Source: Candidatus Poribacteria bacterium (GTDB taxonomy: Bacteria > Poribacteria > WGA-4E > WGA-3G). Taken from it: 64,000 nucleotides of DNA. Positions 47,962-57,891 of this stretch are shown here, in pieces. The DNA lies in the NCBI GenBank assembly GCA_022828145.1, contig JAJEJA010000009.1, forward strand, positions 31,254 through 95,253, given 5' to 3'. Each line of letters starts with the position of its first letter. The first letter of the stretch is position 1. A model generated the notes under the pieces. The model ran no database searches. It was not told where the DNA came from and was given only the letters and a program-made list of their open reading frames with translations. The position numbers and the translations under genes are program-made.

Positions 47962-49422
47962 ATGAAATTTGACTGGTTCGTAGCCTCACGTTACCTACTA
48001 TCACGCAGAAAACAATCGTTTATATCAATTATAAGTATTATCTCTATTATAGGAGTCAGTCTGGGTGTTGCAACTGTTATTTTAGTTATCGCTGTTTTGG
48101 ACGGCGTTGAACATGGTCTGAGAGATAGGTTTCTTGCGAATGAAGCGCATATCGTCTTGAGAGATTTCGGGAGTGCATACTTTTCTGATTACGATAGAAA
48201 GATTGAGGAAATAAAAAAAGTTAACGGTGTCGTCGCAGCATCACCTGTGGTCTATTCTCAGTCAGCAATTTTCCGACAAGATAATAACAATATAGATGCT
48301 GTAATCCTCGTTAAAGGCATTGACCCGGAGCTTGAGGAAAATGTAACCGGTTTTTCTCAGTTTGTTAAGGGGTCTACCGGTTTTAAGGATACCAGGATCA
48401 TAGAAGAAGCCAGCTTTATAAACGATGTAAAAATTACGGGAGGAATTGTACTCGGATCGCGATTAGCATTCAGAATCGGTGTCAATGAAGGTGATGTTTT
48501 AAGACTCGTCGTTAGAATGGTTGAGGATGCATTGAACCCAGATTCACTGTATCCAATAATAAAGCACTTTGTTGTCATCGGTCTTTATGAATCTGAATTG
48601 ACAGTTTACGATAACCAGATTGCATTTATTCATATAGAAACCGCACAAGAGATATATGAAAAACCGGGGCAAGCCAACGTTATCTTAGTGCGTCTTGAGG
48701 ATGCTGAACGTGCTCCTGAAATCGCGCAAAAGATGACGGAACCACCAGCATTTGACAAGATACAAATGCCAATGACAACTACATGGTTGGAAACACATGC
48801 TCCGTTATTCGCTGCATTGGAGTTGGAAAAAATCGCAACTGTCATTATAGAGGCGTTAATCATTTTAGTCGCAGCCTTCAACATCGCAAGCACACTCATA
48901 ATGACAGTAATGGAAAAGACGCGAGATATTGGTACTTTGCGTACTCTCGGATCATCCCGCGGGAACATTATGCGGATATTTATGATCCAGGGAAGTGTGA
49001 TTGGCATGTTAGGCACATTCATCGGTACTGCTTTGGGACTCGGGCTATGCTGGTTGCTCAGTACGAATATTGTTAGACCTACACCATGGTTGGCATTAGG
49101 ACTTGTAGTATTCCTCATTCTGATACAGATAGTGATTGCGATCCGACATCTATTACCTTATGCGAAAATAAGGGGAATTGGATTTACCATATTATGGGTC
49201 ATCGCTATTGCTTTCGGTCTATACTGTTTGGTAGAACCCATCTCCTTGCAAGAATTAGGTTTGAGCCAAATTTACCAGATGAATCAACTCCCCATAAGAG
49301 TCAATTGGTTCTTTGTGGGTTTTATCAATGTTCTGTCATTCGTAATCTGTTGGTTAGCGACAATTTATCCAGCTTGGCAAGCTGCAAACCTGAATCCGAT
49401 TGAAGCGTTACAGTATGAGTAA
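47962..49422 (+). CDS. FtsX/LolC-LolE-family ABC transporter permease (lipoprotein-release type) with an enlarged periplasmic domain
   Basis: The N-terminus MKFDWFVASRYLLSRRKQSF and the C-terminal end ...AWQAANLNPIEALQYE are characteristic of LolC/E. It is longer than typical LolE, possibly because of an insertion in the periplasmic domain. Confidence 0.7.
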   Translation: MKFDWFVASRYLLSRRKQSFISIISIISIIGVSLGVATVILVIAVLDGVEHGLRDRFLANEAHIVLRDFGSAYFSDYDRKIEEIKKVNGVVAASPVVYSQSAIFRQDNNNIDAVILVKGIDPELEENVTGFSQFVKGSTGFKDTRIIEEASFINDVKITGGIVLGSRLAFRIGVNEGDVLRLVVRMVEDALNPDSLYPIIKHFVVIGLYESELTVYDNQIAFIHIETAQEIYEKPGQANVILVRLEDAERAPEIAQKMTEPPAFDKIQMPMTTTWLETHAPLFAALELEKIATVIIEALIILVAAFNIASTLIMTVMEKTRDIGTLRTLGSSRGNIMRIFMIQGSVIGMLGTFIGTALGLGLCWLLSTNIVRPTPWLALGLVVFLILIQIVIAIRHLLPYAKIRGIGFTILWVIAIAFGLYCLVEPISLQELGLSQIYQMNQLPIRVNWFFVGFINVLSFVICWLATIYPAWQAANLNPIEALQYE

Positions 49423-49440
49423 TATGTCAAAAAACTATTA

Positions 49441-49470
49441 TATAGTAGTAGGCACTCTCCGTGTGCCGTC
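49441..49470. repeat. Repeat family B copy after the lolE-like stop
   Basis: tatagtagtaggcactctccgtgtgccgtc. Confidence 0.75.
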
Positions 49471-49481
49471 AACGTTGAAGT

Positions 49482-50186
49482 ATGGACACATTAATTACAA
49501 TTGACAATTTACACAAATCCTTTTATGATGGTGACTCAGAATTAAAAGTACTGAAAGGAGTCAATCTTGACATCTACACGTCTGAAATCCTTTCAATCAT
49601 GGGGGCATCGGGAGTAGGAAAGAGCACGCTATTACATATTTTAGGCACACTTGACCGTCCAACTTCGGGTAGTATATTATATGAAGATGAAGACATTACG
49701 ACATTCTCAGAACGGCAGTTGGCATCATTTCGGAATAACGCCATCGGTTTTGTCTTTCAATTTCATCAGCTACTCCCTGAGTTTACCGCATTAGAAAACG
49801 TTGCAATGGGGAGACTCATTAAGATATCCAAGCGAAATAAATCCAGAGATACTGATTTAAATAACAACAGTACCTATCAAGACGCGCAACGACTCCTTGA
49901 AGATGTTGGGCTTGCAGAACGATTAGACCATTATCCAAGCCAACTCTCTGGTGGAGAAAGACAACGTGTCGCTATAGCAAGAGCATTAATAAATCAACCA
50001 AAAGTCGTTCTTGCTGACGAACCAACCGGGAATATAGACGACAAAACCAGTCAAGCAGTCCTAAATGTCTTACAAAAAATAAATGAACGATTGCAACAGA
50101 CTTTTATTATAGTAACACATGATTCACGTTTGGCTGAACGAGCTGACAGAACGGTAGAACTTGTAGATGGAAAAATTGCAGACTAA
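49482..50186 (+). CDS. lolD: ABC transporter ATP-binding protein (LolD-like)
   Basis: 234 aa with Walker A GASGVGKST, signature LSGGERQRVAIARAL and Walker B VLADEPTG. Confidence 0.8.
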   Translation: MDTLITIDNLHKSFYDGDSELKVLKGVNLDIYTSEILSIMGASGVGKSTLLHILGTLDRPTSGSILYEDEDITTFSERQLASFRNNAIGFVFQFHQLLPEFTALENVAMGRLIKISKRNKSRDTDLNNNSTYQDAQRLLEDVGLAERLDHYPSQLSGGERQRVAIARALINQPKVVLADEPTGNIDDKTSQAVLNVLQKINERLQQTFIIVTHDSRLAERADRTVELVDGKIAD

Positions 50187-50220
50187 GTACAATTGAATAA
50201 GTGTAGAGGAAGGAATAGTA

Positions 50221-51108
50221 ATGTTGGTTTATATTGATGGAGCATATTTATCACCAGAGGATGCTAAAATTTCTGTATTTGACCACGGATTACTCTATGG
50301 AGACGGTGTATTTGAAGGTATTCGTTGCTATAACGGTAATGTTTTTATGCTGGATGAACACTTAGAAAGACTTTATGATTCAGCCAAATCAATCATGTTG
50401 GAAATACCAATAGCAATAGATGCTATGAAGCATAATGTCCTTGAAACGCTCCGCAGAAATCAACTCCGTGAAGGTTATATCAGATTAATTGTCACACGAG
50501 GAATAGGCGATTTAGGACTTGACCCAGAGAAATGTCCTAACCCATCAGTCGTTATCATTGCCGACAGAATTCAATTGTATCCAGAAAAATACTATGAAGA
50601 CGGTTTGGAAATAGTCACGGTCTCTGTAAGAAGGAATTACCCTGAAGCAATCAATCCACGTGTTAAATCTCTCAATTATCTAAATAACATTCTTGCAAAG
50701 ATTGAAGCAAAACAGTCTGGTGCAGTAGAGGCATTGATGCTCAATAATGACGGGTATGTTGTTGAATGTAGTGGTGATAACATCTTTCTGGTTAAAGACG
50801 AGATCATAATCACACCACCGTCGCATATCGGGATATTGGAAGGTGTTACCCGTAATACCGTAATTTCGCTCGCTCATGAAGCAGGATTTCAGGTAGAAGA
50901 ACGCGTCTTCACGCGACATGATATATACATTGCAGATGAATGTTTCCTGACTGGTACTGCAGCTGAAGTCATTCCAGTCGTAAAACTCGATAGAAGAGTT
51001 ATCGGAGAAGGAAAACCAGGGATCGTTACACAAAAGTTAATTGCAGCATTTAGACATCTCGCGAACAACTTCGGAACACCTATATTTGCTTGTGAAGAAA
51101 AGGAATAA
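50221..51108 (+). CDS. Class IV (fold-type IV) aminotransferase (branched-chain amino acid / D-amino acid aminotransferase family)
   Basis: 295 aa; ...DHGLLYGDGVFEGIRCYNG... and the overall IlvE/Dat pattern. Confidence 0.7.
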   Translation: MLVYIDGAYLSPEDAKISVFDHGLLYGDGVFEGIRCYNGNVFMLDEHLERLYDSAKSIMLEIPIAIDAMKHNVLETLRRNQLREGYIRLIVTRGIGDLGLDPEKCPNPSVVIIADRIQLYPEKYYEDGLEIVTVSVRRNYPEAINPRVKSLNYLNNILAKIEAKQSGAVEALMLNNDGYVVECSGDNIFLVKDEIIITPPSHIGILEGVTRNTVISLAHEAGFQVEERVFTRHDIYIADECFLTGTAAEVIPVVKLDRRVIGEGKPGIVTQKLIAAFRHLANNFGTPIFACEEKE

Positions 51109-51155
51109 TAAAAACTTAGCACCTCTTGCACACTAACAGTATAAGGAGCAAAAAA

Positions 51156-53594
51156 ATGAAACATAAGAAAAATTCAACAATAGCAAGTTTCATAAGTATA
51201 GTCTGCATAACAGCAGCATTATTGTTTATTCAGAGTCTTGTTAGTTTCGGTCAATCATCTCAAACACCATTTGGACCGCAACCTGAAAAAGAAGAGACAC
51301 AGGCTGATCAAGCAGTTGTTAAACAGAAAGAATCCATACCTATAGACAATACGCTTATTGTAACAAAGATTGACTTCAACGGTGTGCAATCGCTTCGTAA
51401 AGAGATGCTCCAGACGCTCATTCAAACAAAAATTGGACAAGAAATAGCTGAAGATTTACTCACGAAAGATATTGAAAGCCTATATAAGGATACAGGATTC
51501 TTCTACGATTTGAAAGTTGATGTATCAAAAAACGAAGAAGACGGCGGTATCGCGGTAACCTATATCCTATACGAGAGTCCGAAAATAGAGGGCATCAGTA
51601 TTATTGGAAACGATGAAATTGGCATCGGCAAAATCATGGATAGAATTACTTTGCGCCGTTCAGAGATATATAATGATCACCTACGATGGCAAAGTGAAAG
51701 AGCAATTCGGAAACTATACCATGAAAAAGGATACTATCTTGTCAGTATACAGGTTCACAACGACGTCAATGAAGAAGACAATACCAGTCAAGTTACTTTT
51801 GAGATCAACGAAGGTCCACGTGTGAGGATTACAGAGATCAACTTCATAGGGAATGACCAACTTTCCGCAAAAAAACTACGAAAAAAAATGAAGACGCGGG
51901 TTGGCAAACATTATGATGAATTGCTTTTTGAAGAAGAAGATATGAACTTAAGCCTACGCAACTATTATCAGGACCAAGGTTTTTCACAAGTGAAGATACT
52001 CGGACATGAAAAACGCTTTACGGAAGACAAAACAGGTCTAATACTTGATATAACTGTTGATGAAGGGTCGCAGTTTGTATTAGGTAATTACAGTATTGAA
52101 CTCCAAACGGGTGACAAAGTCATCTTTTCTGAAGAAAAAATCAAGAATATGTTAGACCCAGCAGAAGGGGAAGTTTTCAATCGCGCTATCTTTGAGGAGT
52201 CTATAGCAAAATTACAGCAGGCATATCTGGATAAGGGTTACTTACTTGCCGAAGTGGATCCAATTCCGCTCTTCGACGAGGAAAACGCACTCGTAGACAT
52301 CACCTTGAATATTAACCAGGGTGATGTTATAATTATAGACAATGTACCCATCACGGGTTTGGAAAAGACAAAAGAGAGAATCATAAGACGGGAGCTGGAT
52401 TGGCTCAACATCAAATCAGATGAACTACTTGATGTTAAAGTGCTGCGAAAAGCACGACAACGCCTTTTCCAGATGGGGCCTTTTATACGCGCTGTTGATT
52501 TCGTACCAAGCGACACAGAAAATGACAGCAGGAAGAGTTTAGTCGTCAATATCGCAGAATCACCTACGACAGGAACCCTCAGTGTCGGTGGTGGATACGG
52601 AAGTGAAGGTGGTATCTTCGGGACAGCTGAAATAGGACAACACAATTTTCTTGGACGCGCATACCGTATGCATTTGAAAGGAGAACTTGGAACAAGAGAC
52701 CACCATACAGCTGAATTTAGTTTCGGGTCGCCATGGATCTTCGGGACACCCACGAGACTTAATGCACGCATTTACAATAATCGCAGATTCAGACGATATT
52801 ACAGCAACGTTGGTGCCGCATTAAATCCGGATTATACAACAGACAGATATGTGTGGGATACACGAGGTGGATCCATTTCTCTGGGACGTCCAATCGCGTA
52901 TGATATCGACCTTTCTGTAAGGTTCAGGAATGAAAACATTAGGGCACACACGCCAGACAGAGAAGTGTTAAATCGTTCTACAAGAAGCATCCTATTCGCA
53001 GTAGGACGGGACACCCGAGATTACCGCACATCGCTTTACGACCCCATGGGCGGAAGTTCTAACAGTATATCTTATGAATACTCTGGAGGAATCTTGGGGG
53101 CTGATAACGAATTCCAAAAATACACTGCTGACACAAGTTGGTTCTTCAATCCGTGGTGGAATCATGTACTTGCGATTCATGCACGGGCAGGTTATATGGT
53201 CAGTAAGAGCACAGATAGTAGAAACCTATTTTACGAAAGATTTTACTTAGGGGGCGTAGATACAATACGCGGATACGAAGATTGGGAAATATATCCTGAT
53301 TCCGATAGTCCATTCAGGGAATTTGGGGGAAACAAAGTGTTTTTCTCTAACTGGGAATACAGAGTTCAAGTTTCTCCACAGTTGACAACAGCAGTTTTCT
53401 TTGATATCGGTCAAGTGTGGGATGAATCTACCCCAAACATTTTCAATAACATCAATCTGAAACGTGGTGCCGGTGTTGAAGCACGTTTACAGATGTTAGG
53501 GATGTTAGCACGCTTTGGATGGGGATATGGGTTTGACCGACAGAATCGGGCACCTCAAGGCAAATTCTATTTTACAATCGGCCCCGGCTTTTAG
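51156..53594 (+). CDS. bamA: Outer membrane protein assembly factor BamA
   Basis: About 810 aa with a signal peptide, multiple POTRA repeats and a C-terminal Omp85 barrel. It sits in the conserved bamA-skp-lpxD order. Start chosen at the ATG with an AAGGAG SD. Confidence 0.85.
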   Translation: MKHKKNSTIASFISIVCITAALLFIQSLVSFGQSSQTPFGPQPEKEETQADQAVVKQKESIPIDNTLIVTKIDFNGVQSLRKEMLQTLIQTKIGQEIAEDLLTKDIESLYKDTGFFYDLKVDVSKNEEDGGIAVTYILYESPKIEGISIIGNDEIGIGKIMDRITLRRSEIYNDHLRWQSERAIRKLYHEKGYYLVSIQVHNDVNEEDNTSQVTFEINEGPRVRITEINFIGNDQLSAKKLRKKMKTRVGKHYDELLFEEEDMNLSLRNYYQDQGFSQVKILGHEKRFTEDKTGLILDITVDEGSQFVLGNYSIELQTGDKVIFSEEKIKNMLDPAEGEVFNRAIFEESIAKLQQAYLDKGYLLAEVDPIPLFDEENALVDITLNINQGDVIIIDNVPITGLEKTKERIIRRELDWLNIKSDELLDVKVLRKARQRLFQMGPFIRAVDFVPSDTENDSRKSLVVNIAESPTTGTLSVGGGYGSEGGIFGTAEIGQHNFLGRAYRMHLKGELGTRDHHTAEFSFGSPWIFGTPTRLNARIYNNRRFRRYYSNVGAALNPDYTTDRYVWDTRGGSISLGRPIAYDIDLSVRFRNENIRAHTPDREVLNRSTRSILFAVGRDTRDYRTSLYDPMGGSSNSISYEYSGGILGADNEFQKYTADTSWFFNPWWNHVLAIHARAGYMVSKSTDSRNLFYERFYLGGVDTIRGYEDWEIYPDSDSPFREFGGNKVFFSNWEYRVQVSPQLTTAVFFDIGQVWDESTPNIFNNINLKRGAGVEARLQMLGMLARFGWGYGFDRQNRAPQGKFYFTIGPGF

Positions 53595-53693
53595 TCCATA
53601 TCATTTTATCAGAAAACTACAGATAATCTACTGACAGTGAGTTGGTAGAAATTACATAACGAACATTTATGTGTTGTTCAAAAAGGAATAATT

Positions 53694-54257
53694 ATGAAAA
53701 AGTTTGTACTAACAGTATTTTCTTTAGTGTTGTTCGGGATTTTGACCGGCAGCATCGGTCAAGAGTCATTTAAACTCGGTGTCGTTGATTCCAATCGTGT
53801 TCTGCAAAACTATAAGAAGGCTATGGACGCAGACAAATTCATAAAGAATGCGGACGCACGTTTGAAGAAGAATCTTGATGACATGGCAGAAGACATTAGG
53901 ACATTGATCGAAAAGAAAGAGAAGACTGAGCTATTTGTTGAAGAGGCACAAACAGCAGAATTAGTAAAACAGATTCAAGACAAACAGTTGGAATTTCAGA
54001 GAGAACGTGAGCAGGGAACTCAAGCACTATATGAGAAAAACAGAGAATTGATGCAGCCGATTTTCAAGGAACTTGAGCAACTCATTATTAAAACCGGAAA
54101 AGATGAAAACTACGATCTGATAATTGACAAACAAGCTGCACTCTATTTTAATGAAAAGTATGATATTACTGACAAACTTATTATTCTGATAAATGCAGAA
54201 AACGAAAAAGCCGAACAGAATAATCAGGATGTTGAAGCACCGCAAAAAAATGAATAG
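53694..54257 (+). CDS. skp: Periplasmic chaperone Skp/OmpH
   Basis: 187 aa with a signal peptide and K/E-rich coiled-coil. Its position between bamA and lpxD fits the conserved order. Confidence 0.8.
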   Translation: MKKFVLTVFSLVLFGILTGSIGQESFKLGVVDSNRVLQNYKKAMDADKFIKNADARLKKNLDDMAEDIRTLIEKKEKTELFVEEAQTAELVKQIQDKQLEFQREREQGTQALYEKNRELMQPIFKELEQLIIKTGKDENYDLIIDKQAALYFNEKYDITDKLIILINAENEKAEQNNQDVEAPQKNE

Positions 54258-54264
54258 GAATATT

Positions 54265-54365
54265 AATAGTAGTAGGCACACTCCGATGTGCCGTTTTTGC
54301 ATAGTAGTAGGCACACTCCGATGTGCCGTTCTGGCATAGTAGTAGGCACACGCCGTGTGCCGTCA
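54265..54365. repeat. Repeat family B x3 in tandem after skp
   Basis: Three copies of (a)atagtagtaggcacac(t/g)ccg(a)tgtgccg. The first is followed by a T-run, so it is terminator-like. Confidence 0.8.
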
Positions 54366-54417
54366 GATGATACCTTGATATTGTAAGATTTCACCTGTTT
54401 CAATGAGGAAACTATAT

Positions 54418-55473
54418 ATGAAACTAAAGCATATTTGTGAACATATTGGTGGCGAACTTCATGGGGATGGTGAGATTGAAATAACTGGTGTTTCTGGCAT
54501 TAAAGAAGCAGTTCCGAACCAAATTACCTTCGTAGCAAATACAAAATATCTGAGTGCAATCGCAACTACCCAAGCATCGGCAATAATCTTAGGACACGGT
54601 GTTTCTGGCAACGGGAAAGCCACAATCAGTGTTGACAACCCATATTGGGGATTTGTAAAGGTCTTGGAATTATTTGCACAGGGAACAGAGAGAAAACAAC
54701 AGGCCGGTATACACGAAACAGCGATTATTGGAGAGAATGTTAAAATCGGCAAAAATGTCTCTATACATGCACACTGTGTCTTAGAAGACAATGTGGAAAT
54801 TGGTGATAATACAGTAATTATGCCTTTAGTTTATATTGGAGAGGGAAGCAAAATTGGATGTGATGGTTTAATATACGCCAATGTAAGTATTCGGGATAAT
54901 ATCATTATTGGCGATCGTGTCATTATTCATTGCGGTGCTGTAATTGGTAGTGACGGATTCGGGTTTACGCCTGACCCCACAAACCATAGTCCATATAAAA
55001 TTCCACAAATAGGTTCTGTCGTTATTGAAGACGATGTTGAAATCGGGGCAAATACAACAATTGATAGAGCGACAATTTCTGAAACGCTGATAAAAAACGG
55101 AACAAAACTTGATAACCTCGTTCAGATTGCACACAATGTAGTTATTGGAAAAGATTGCTGTTTAGCAGCGCAAACAGGTATTGCAGGAAGTAGTCAATTA
55201 GGTGACCGTATAAACATGGCAGGTCAATCTGGTGTCATCGGACACCTAACGCTTGGCGAAAACACCGTCATCTACTCAAAAACGGCTGTCACAAAAGATA
55301 TCCCACCTGGAAGTCATCTTTCTGGTATTCCCGCCCGACCCCATAAACAGGAGTTACGTTTTCAAGCATCAATCAGAAAAATGCCAGAATTATTAAAAGA
55401 GTTTAATAAACTGCAAAAACGTGTCGTGGAGCTTGAAGAAAAACTACACGAACTCGGAAATGAGAATACTTAG
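54418..55473 (+). CDS. lpxD: UDP-3-O-(3-hydroxyacyl)glucosamine N-acyltransferase
   Basis: Left-handed beta-helix hexapeptide repeats throughout, LpxD N-terminal domain, and a position after skp. Confidence 0.85.
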   Translation: MKLKHICEHIGGELHGDGEIEITGVSGIKEAVPNQITFVANTKYLSAIATTQASAIILGHGVSGNGKATISVDNPYWGFVKVLELFAQGTERKQQAGIHETAIIGENVKIGKNVSIHAHCVLEDNVEIGDNTVIMPLVYIGEGSKIGCDGLIYANVSIRDNIIIGDRVIIHCGAVIGSDGFGFTPDPTNHSPYKIPQIGSVVIEDDVEIGANTTIDRATISETLIKNGTKLDNLVQIAHNVVIGKDCCLAAQTGIAGSSQLGDRINMAGQSGVIGHLTLGENTVIYSKTAVTKDIPPGSHLSGIPARPHKQELRFQASIRKMPELLKEFNKLQKRVVELEEKLHELGNENT

Positions 55474-55552
55474 AAAATTCCTATCTACATCACCTTGAAA
55501 CAAGAAAGAACTTAACACATTCCTGTTAACTCCAGATAGACACAATCAGAGG

Positions 55553-56407
55553 TTGACAATGCGGACGTTGTTAACGTATGTTGAACTTGCCAGGCCTTTG
55601 AACGGTGTGATCGCATTTATTTCTACTTGGTTAGGTGGCATATTCGCGATAGGCAGCACACTCAATTCATTTTTAGAAGTAAAGTTATTATATGTTTCTA
55701 TTGCCTCACTGTTACTACTCTCCGCAGGCAATGCAATAAATGATTATTGTGATTATAACATTGATTGCCATAACAGGCCTGATCGTCCACTCCCTTCAGG
55801 TAGAATCCGTAGAAGAAATGCACTAATATTCGCCATAACGCTTATCGGACTCGGTATTGCACTTGGTGTGTTAGTTAATCTATATGCGGTTTTTGTAGCA
55901 ATATTGGTGTCTATGCTTCTCGTGAGCTATGCTCTCATTCTAAAACGTACACCTATCTTAGGAAATTTGGTTGTCGGTATTCTTACAAGTCTGACGTTCA
56001 TTTCTGGTGGCATAGCAGTCGGTTCAGTACATAGCACCATCATACCTGCTATTTTTGCCTTTCTATTTACAACAGCAAGGGAGATTGTCAAAGACCTTGA
56101 GGATATTGAAGGAGATAAAAGAGAAAACATCAAGACACTTGCCAATCTCAATCCGCGTCTGGCAATCATCATGGCATTGAGTTTTATGTTCTCTGTGATC
56201 ATATTTAGTCCTATTCCCTATCTGCTTGGACTTTATCCGTGGCAATATTTGGTGACAATCTTACTTGGCGTTGATCTTGTCCTTATCTGCTTGGGAATTC
56301 AGCTCGTGAAGAACGTCTCAAAAGACGGTTATGCAAAAATACAACGGTGGATGAAATGGGACATATTCGTAGGTTTAGGTGCAATCTATTTTGGGATCAT
56401 ATATTGA
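55553..56407 (+). CDS. UbiA-family prenyltransferase, digeranylgeranylglyceryl phosphate synthase-like
   Basis: 284 aa, polytopic. NAINDYCDYNIDCHNRPDRPLPSGRI closely parallels the archaeal DGGGPS motif [21 protein letters not shown]. A second Asp-rich motif KDLEDIEGD is present. Confidence 0.65.
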   Translation: MTMRTLLTYVELARPLNGVIAFISTWLGGIFAIGSTLNSFLEVKLLYVSIASLLLLSAGNAINDYCDYNIDCHNRPDRPLPSGRIRRRNALIFAITLIGLGIALGVLVNLYAVFVAILVSMLLVSYALILKRTPILGNLVVGILTSLTFISGGIAVGSVHSTIIPAIFAFLFTTAREIVKDLEDIEGDKRENIKTLANLNPRLAIIMALSFMFSVIIFSPIPYLLGLYPWQYLVTILLGVDLVLICLGIQLVKNVSKDGYAKIQRWMKWDIFVGLGAIYFGIIY

Positions 56408-56446
56408 CAAAAGGGAACGACGATTCATTTCTCGTCGGAATAGATA

Positions 56447-57679
56447 GTGAAAGACTACACCAAAGTGATAGAGTTCTTAAACAGCACGACACCAAACATT
56501 GAGCATGCACTTCGCTTTATAAATACCTCTCAAACTTCATCCTTAACAGACGAATTGCTTAAAACCTGCAAGGTGTTCGCGTCAGGATGGAGACAGATTG
56601 ACGGTGTAATGTTGATGAGACAGATGGAAGGGCATGATTCTGATTATCGTATCCTTGTAAGTGCAACTACTGAAAGAAGTCTAAGGGAACTACTCCTCAC
56701 TTTTCCAAGAAGTTCAGTTGGAATGTTTTACCTGACAAACGATTGGATTGAAAGCAGAGTACTGGATCTGTTTGATGGTGAGAAGGTTAGTGTAGGATCA
56801 GAGGTATGTTTCGTTGGCACAAAAAAAGGCGGTACTACAGCAGCAGAACAGAAGACATTGAATAAAAAGAAAGATGCAATCAACAGTAATCTTGGTCATC
56901 TAACATCCATAAAGGGTAGATTCGAGAATTCTCAGTTTCTTATTGAAGGGGAAATGATGGTAGAACGCGCTTTCTCCGATGGATTACCTATTGAAAACGT
57001 GCTTTATACAAACGAATTTGTTGCGTCTGCTGCAGGTAGAGATTTTTTGATGAAAGTTTTTGCCGAAAATCTATCAATATATCTAACAAGAGATAGCCTG
57101 ATGGGTTCACTAACAACCACTCGTCCGATTCCCTCGATTATAGTATCCGTGCATCTAAATTATCCTACATTCTTAGATAAGGATGGATGTATGAATTTTC
57201 ATTTTAGTCAAGACTGTATACTGCTGATAATTGAAAACGTTCAGAATCCTGACAATCTTGGGATGACGTTACGCACGGCTGATGCTGCAGGTGTTTCCGC
57301 AGTACTGATAAGTGGAGAAGGGGCAAATCCGTTTCATAAAAACTGTATCCGTGCATCGCGTGGTGCTGTTGGTAGGATTCCCATTTTCTATGTTCCTTCA
57401 ACGAAACCAGCGATCGAGAAACTCAAAGCAAGCGGTTGGCATATCATCGGAGCAACAGCAAAGACAGAAAAGGAGCTTTACACATCGACTTATGAGAAAC
57501 CGATTGCAGTTGTTGTTGGTAATGAGCATAGTGGTTTAACAGAGGAGACGCGAAACCATTGTACAGAATTAGTCAGTATACCCATGGCAACGGGTCAATC
57601 CTCTCTGAATGTTGGCGTTGCTACCGGGATTCTACTATATGAATTAAACGCTAATCCTGTGAAAGTAAACCTGAGATGA
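56447..57679 (+). CDS. SPOUT (TrmH/SpoU-family) RNA 2'-O-methyltransferase with an N-terminal extension of roughly 160 aa of unknown function
   Basis: The C-terminal 250 aa carry the SpoU pattern (...LLIIENVQNPDNLGMTLRTADAAGV..., ...VVVGNEHSGL..., ...SLNVGVATGILLYEL). Confidence 0.65.
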   Translation: MKDYTKVIEFLNSTTPNIEHALRFINTSQTSSLTDELLKTCKVFASGWRQIDGVMLMRQMEGHDSDYRILVSATTERSLRELLLTFPRSSVGMFYLTNDWIESRVLDLFDGEKVSVGSEVCFVGTKKGGTTAAEQKTLNKKKDAINSNLGHLTSIKGRFENSQFLIEGEMMVERAFSDGLPIENVLYTNEFVASAAGRDFLMKVFAENLSIYLTRDSLMGSLTTTRPIPSIIVSVHLNYPTFLDKDGCMNFHFSQDCILLIIENVQNPDNLGMTLRTADAAGVSAVLISGEGANPFHKNCIRASRGAVGRIPIFYVPSTKPAIEKLKASGWHIIGATAKTEKELYTSTYEKPIAVVVGNEHSGLTEETRNHCTELVSIPMATGQSSLNVGVATGILLYELNANPVKVNLR

Positions 57680-57730
57680 GCCAGAACACCTTCCGCGTCT
57701 TCCGTGCCAGCTATGTTAACTGGCGCGTCA

Positions 57731-57818
57731 TCCGCGATTCTGACAAAAGGGTGCCGAATAACTTTACACACCCACTATATTATAAGAATTTGACAAATTC
57801 GTCCGATGGTGTTAAAAT
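57731..57818 (+). promoter_or_regulatory. Upstream module E2 plus sigma70 promoter for the GGGPS gene
   Basis: tccgcgattctgacaaaagggtgccgaataactttacacaccc (57731-57773), then TTGACA (57790-57795), 17-nt spacer, TAAAAT (57813-57818). Confidence 0.55.
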
Positions 57819-57891
57819 AATTTAGTTTTGATATATAATCGTGTAAGTAAATTCCCGCAAGGATCAATGACATTTTGACAGTAAGGACCGG

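Noticed and set aside
49482-50186. Apparent insertion in LolD between Walker A and the signature motif
   Set aside because: Overall length (234 aa) is normal for LolD. The region is simply divergent, not an inserted domain.
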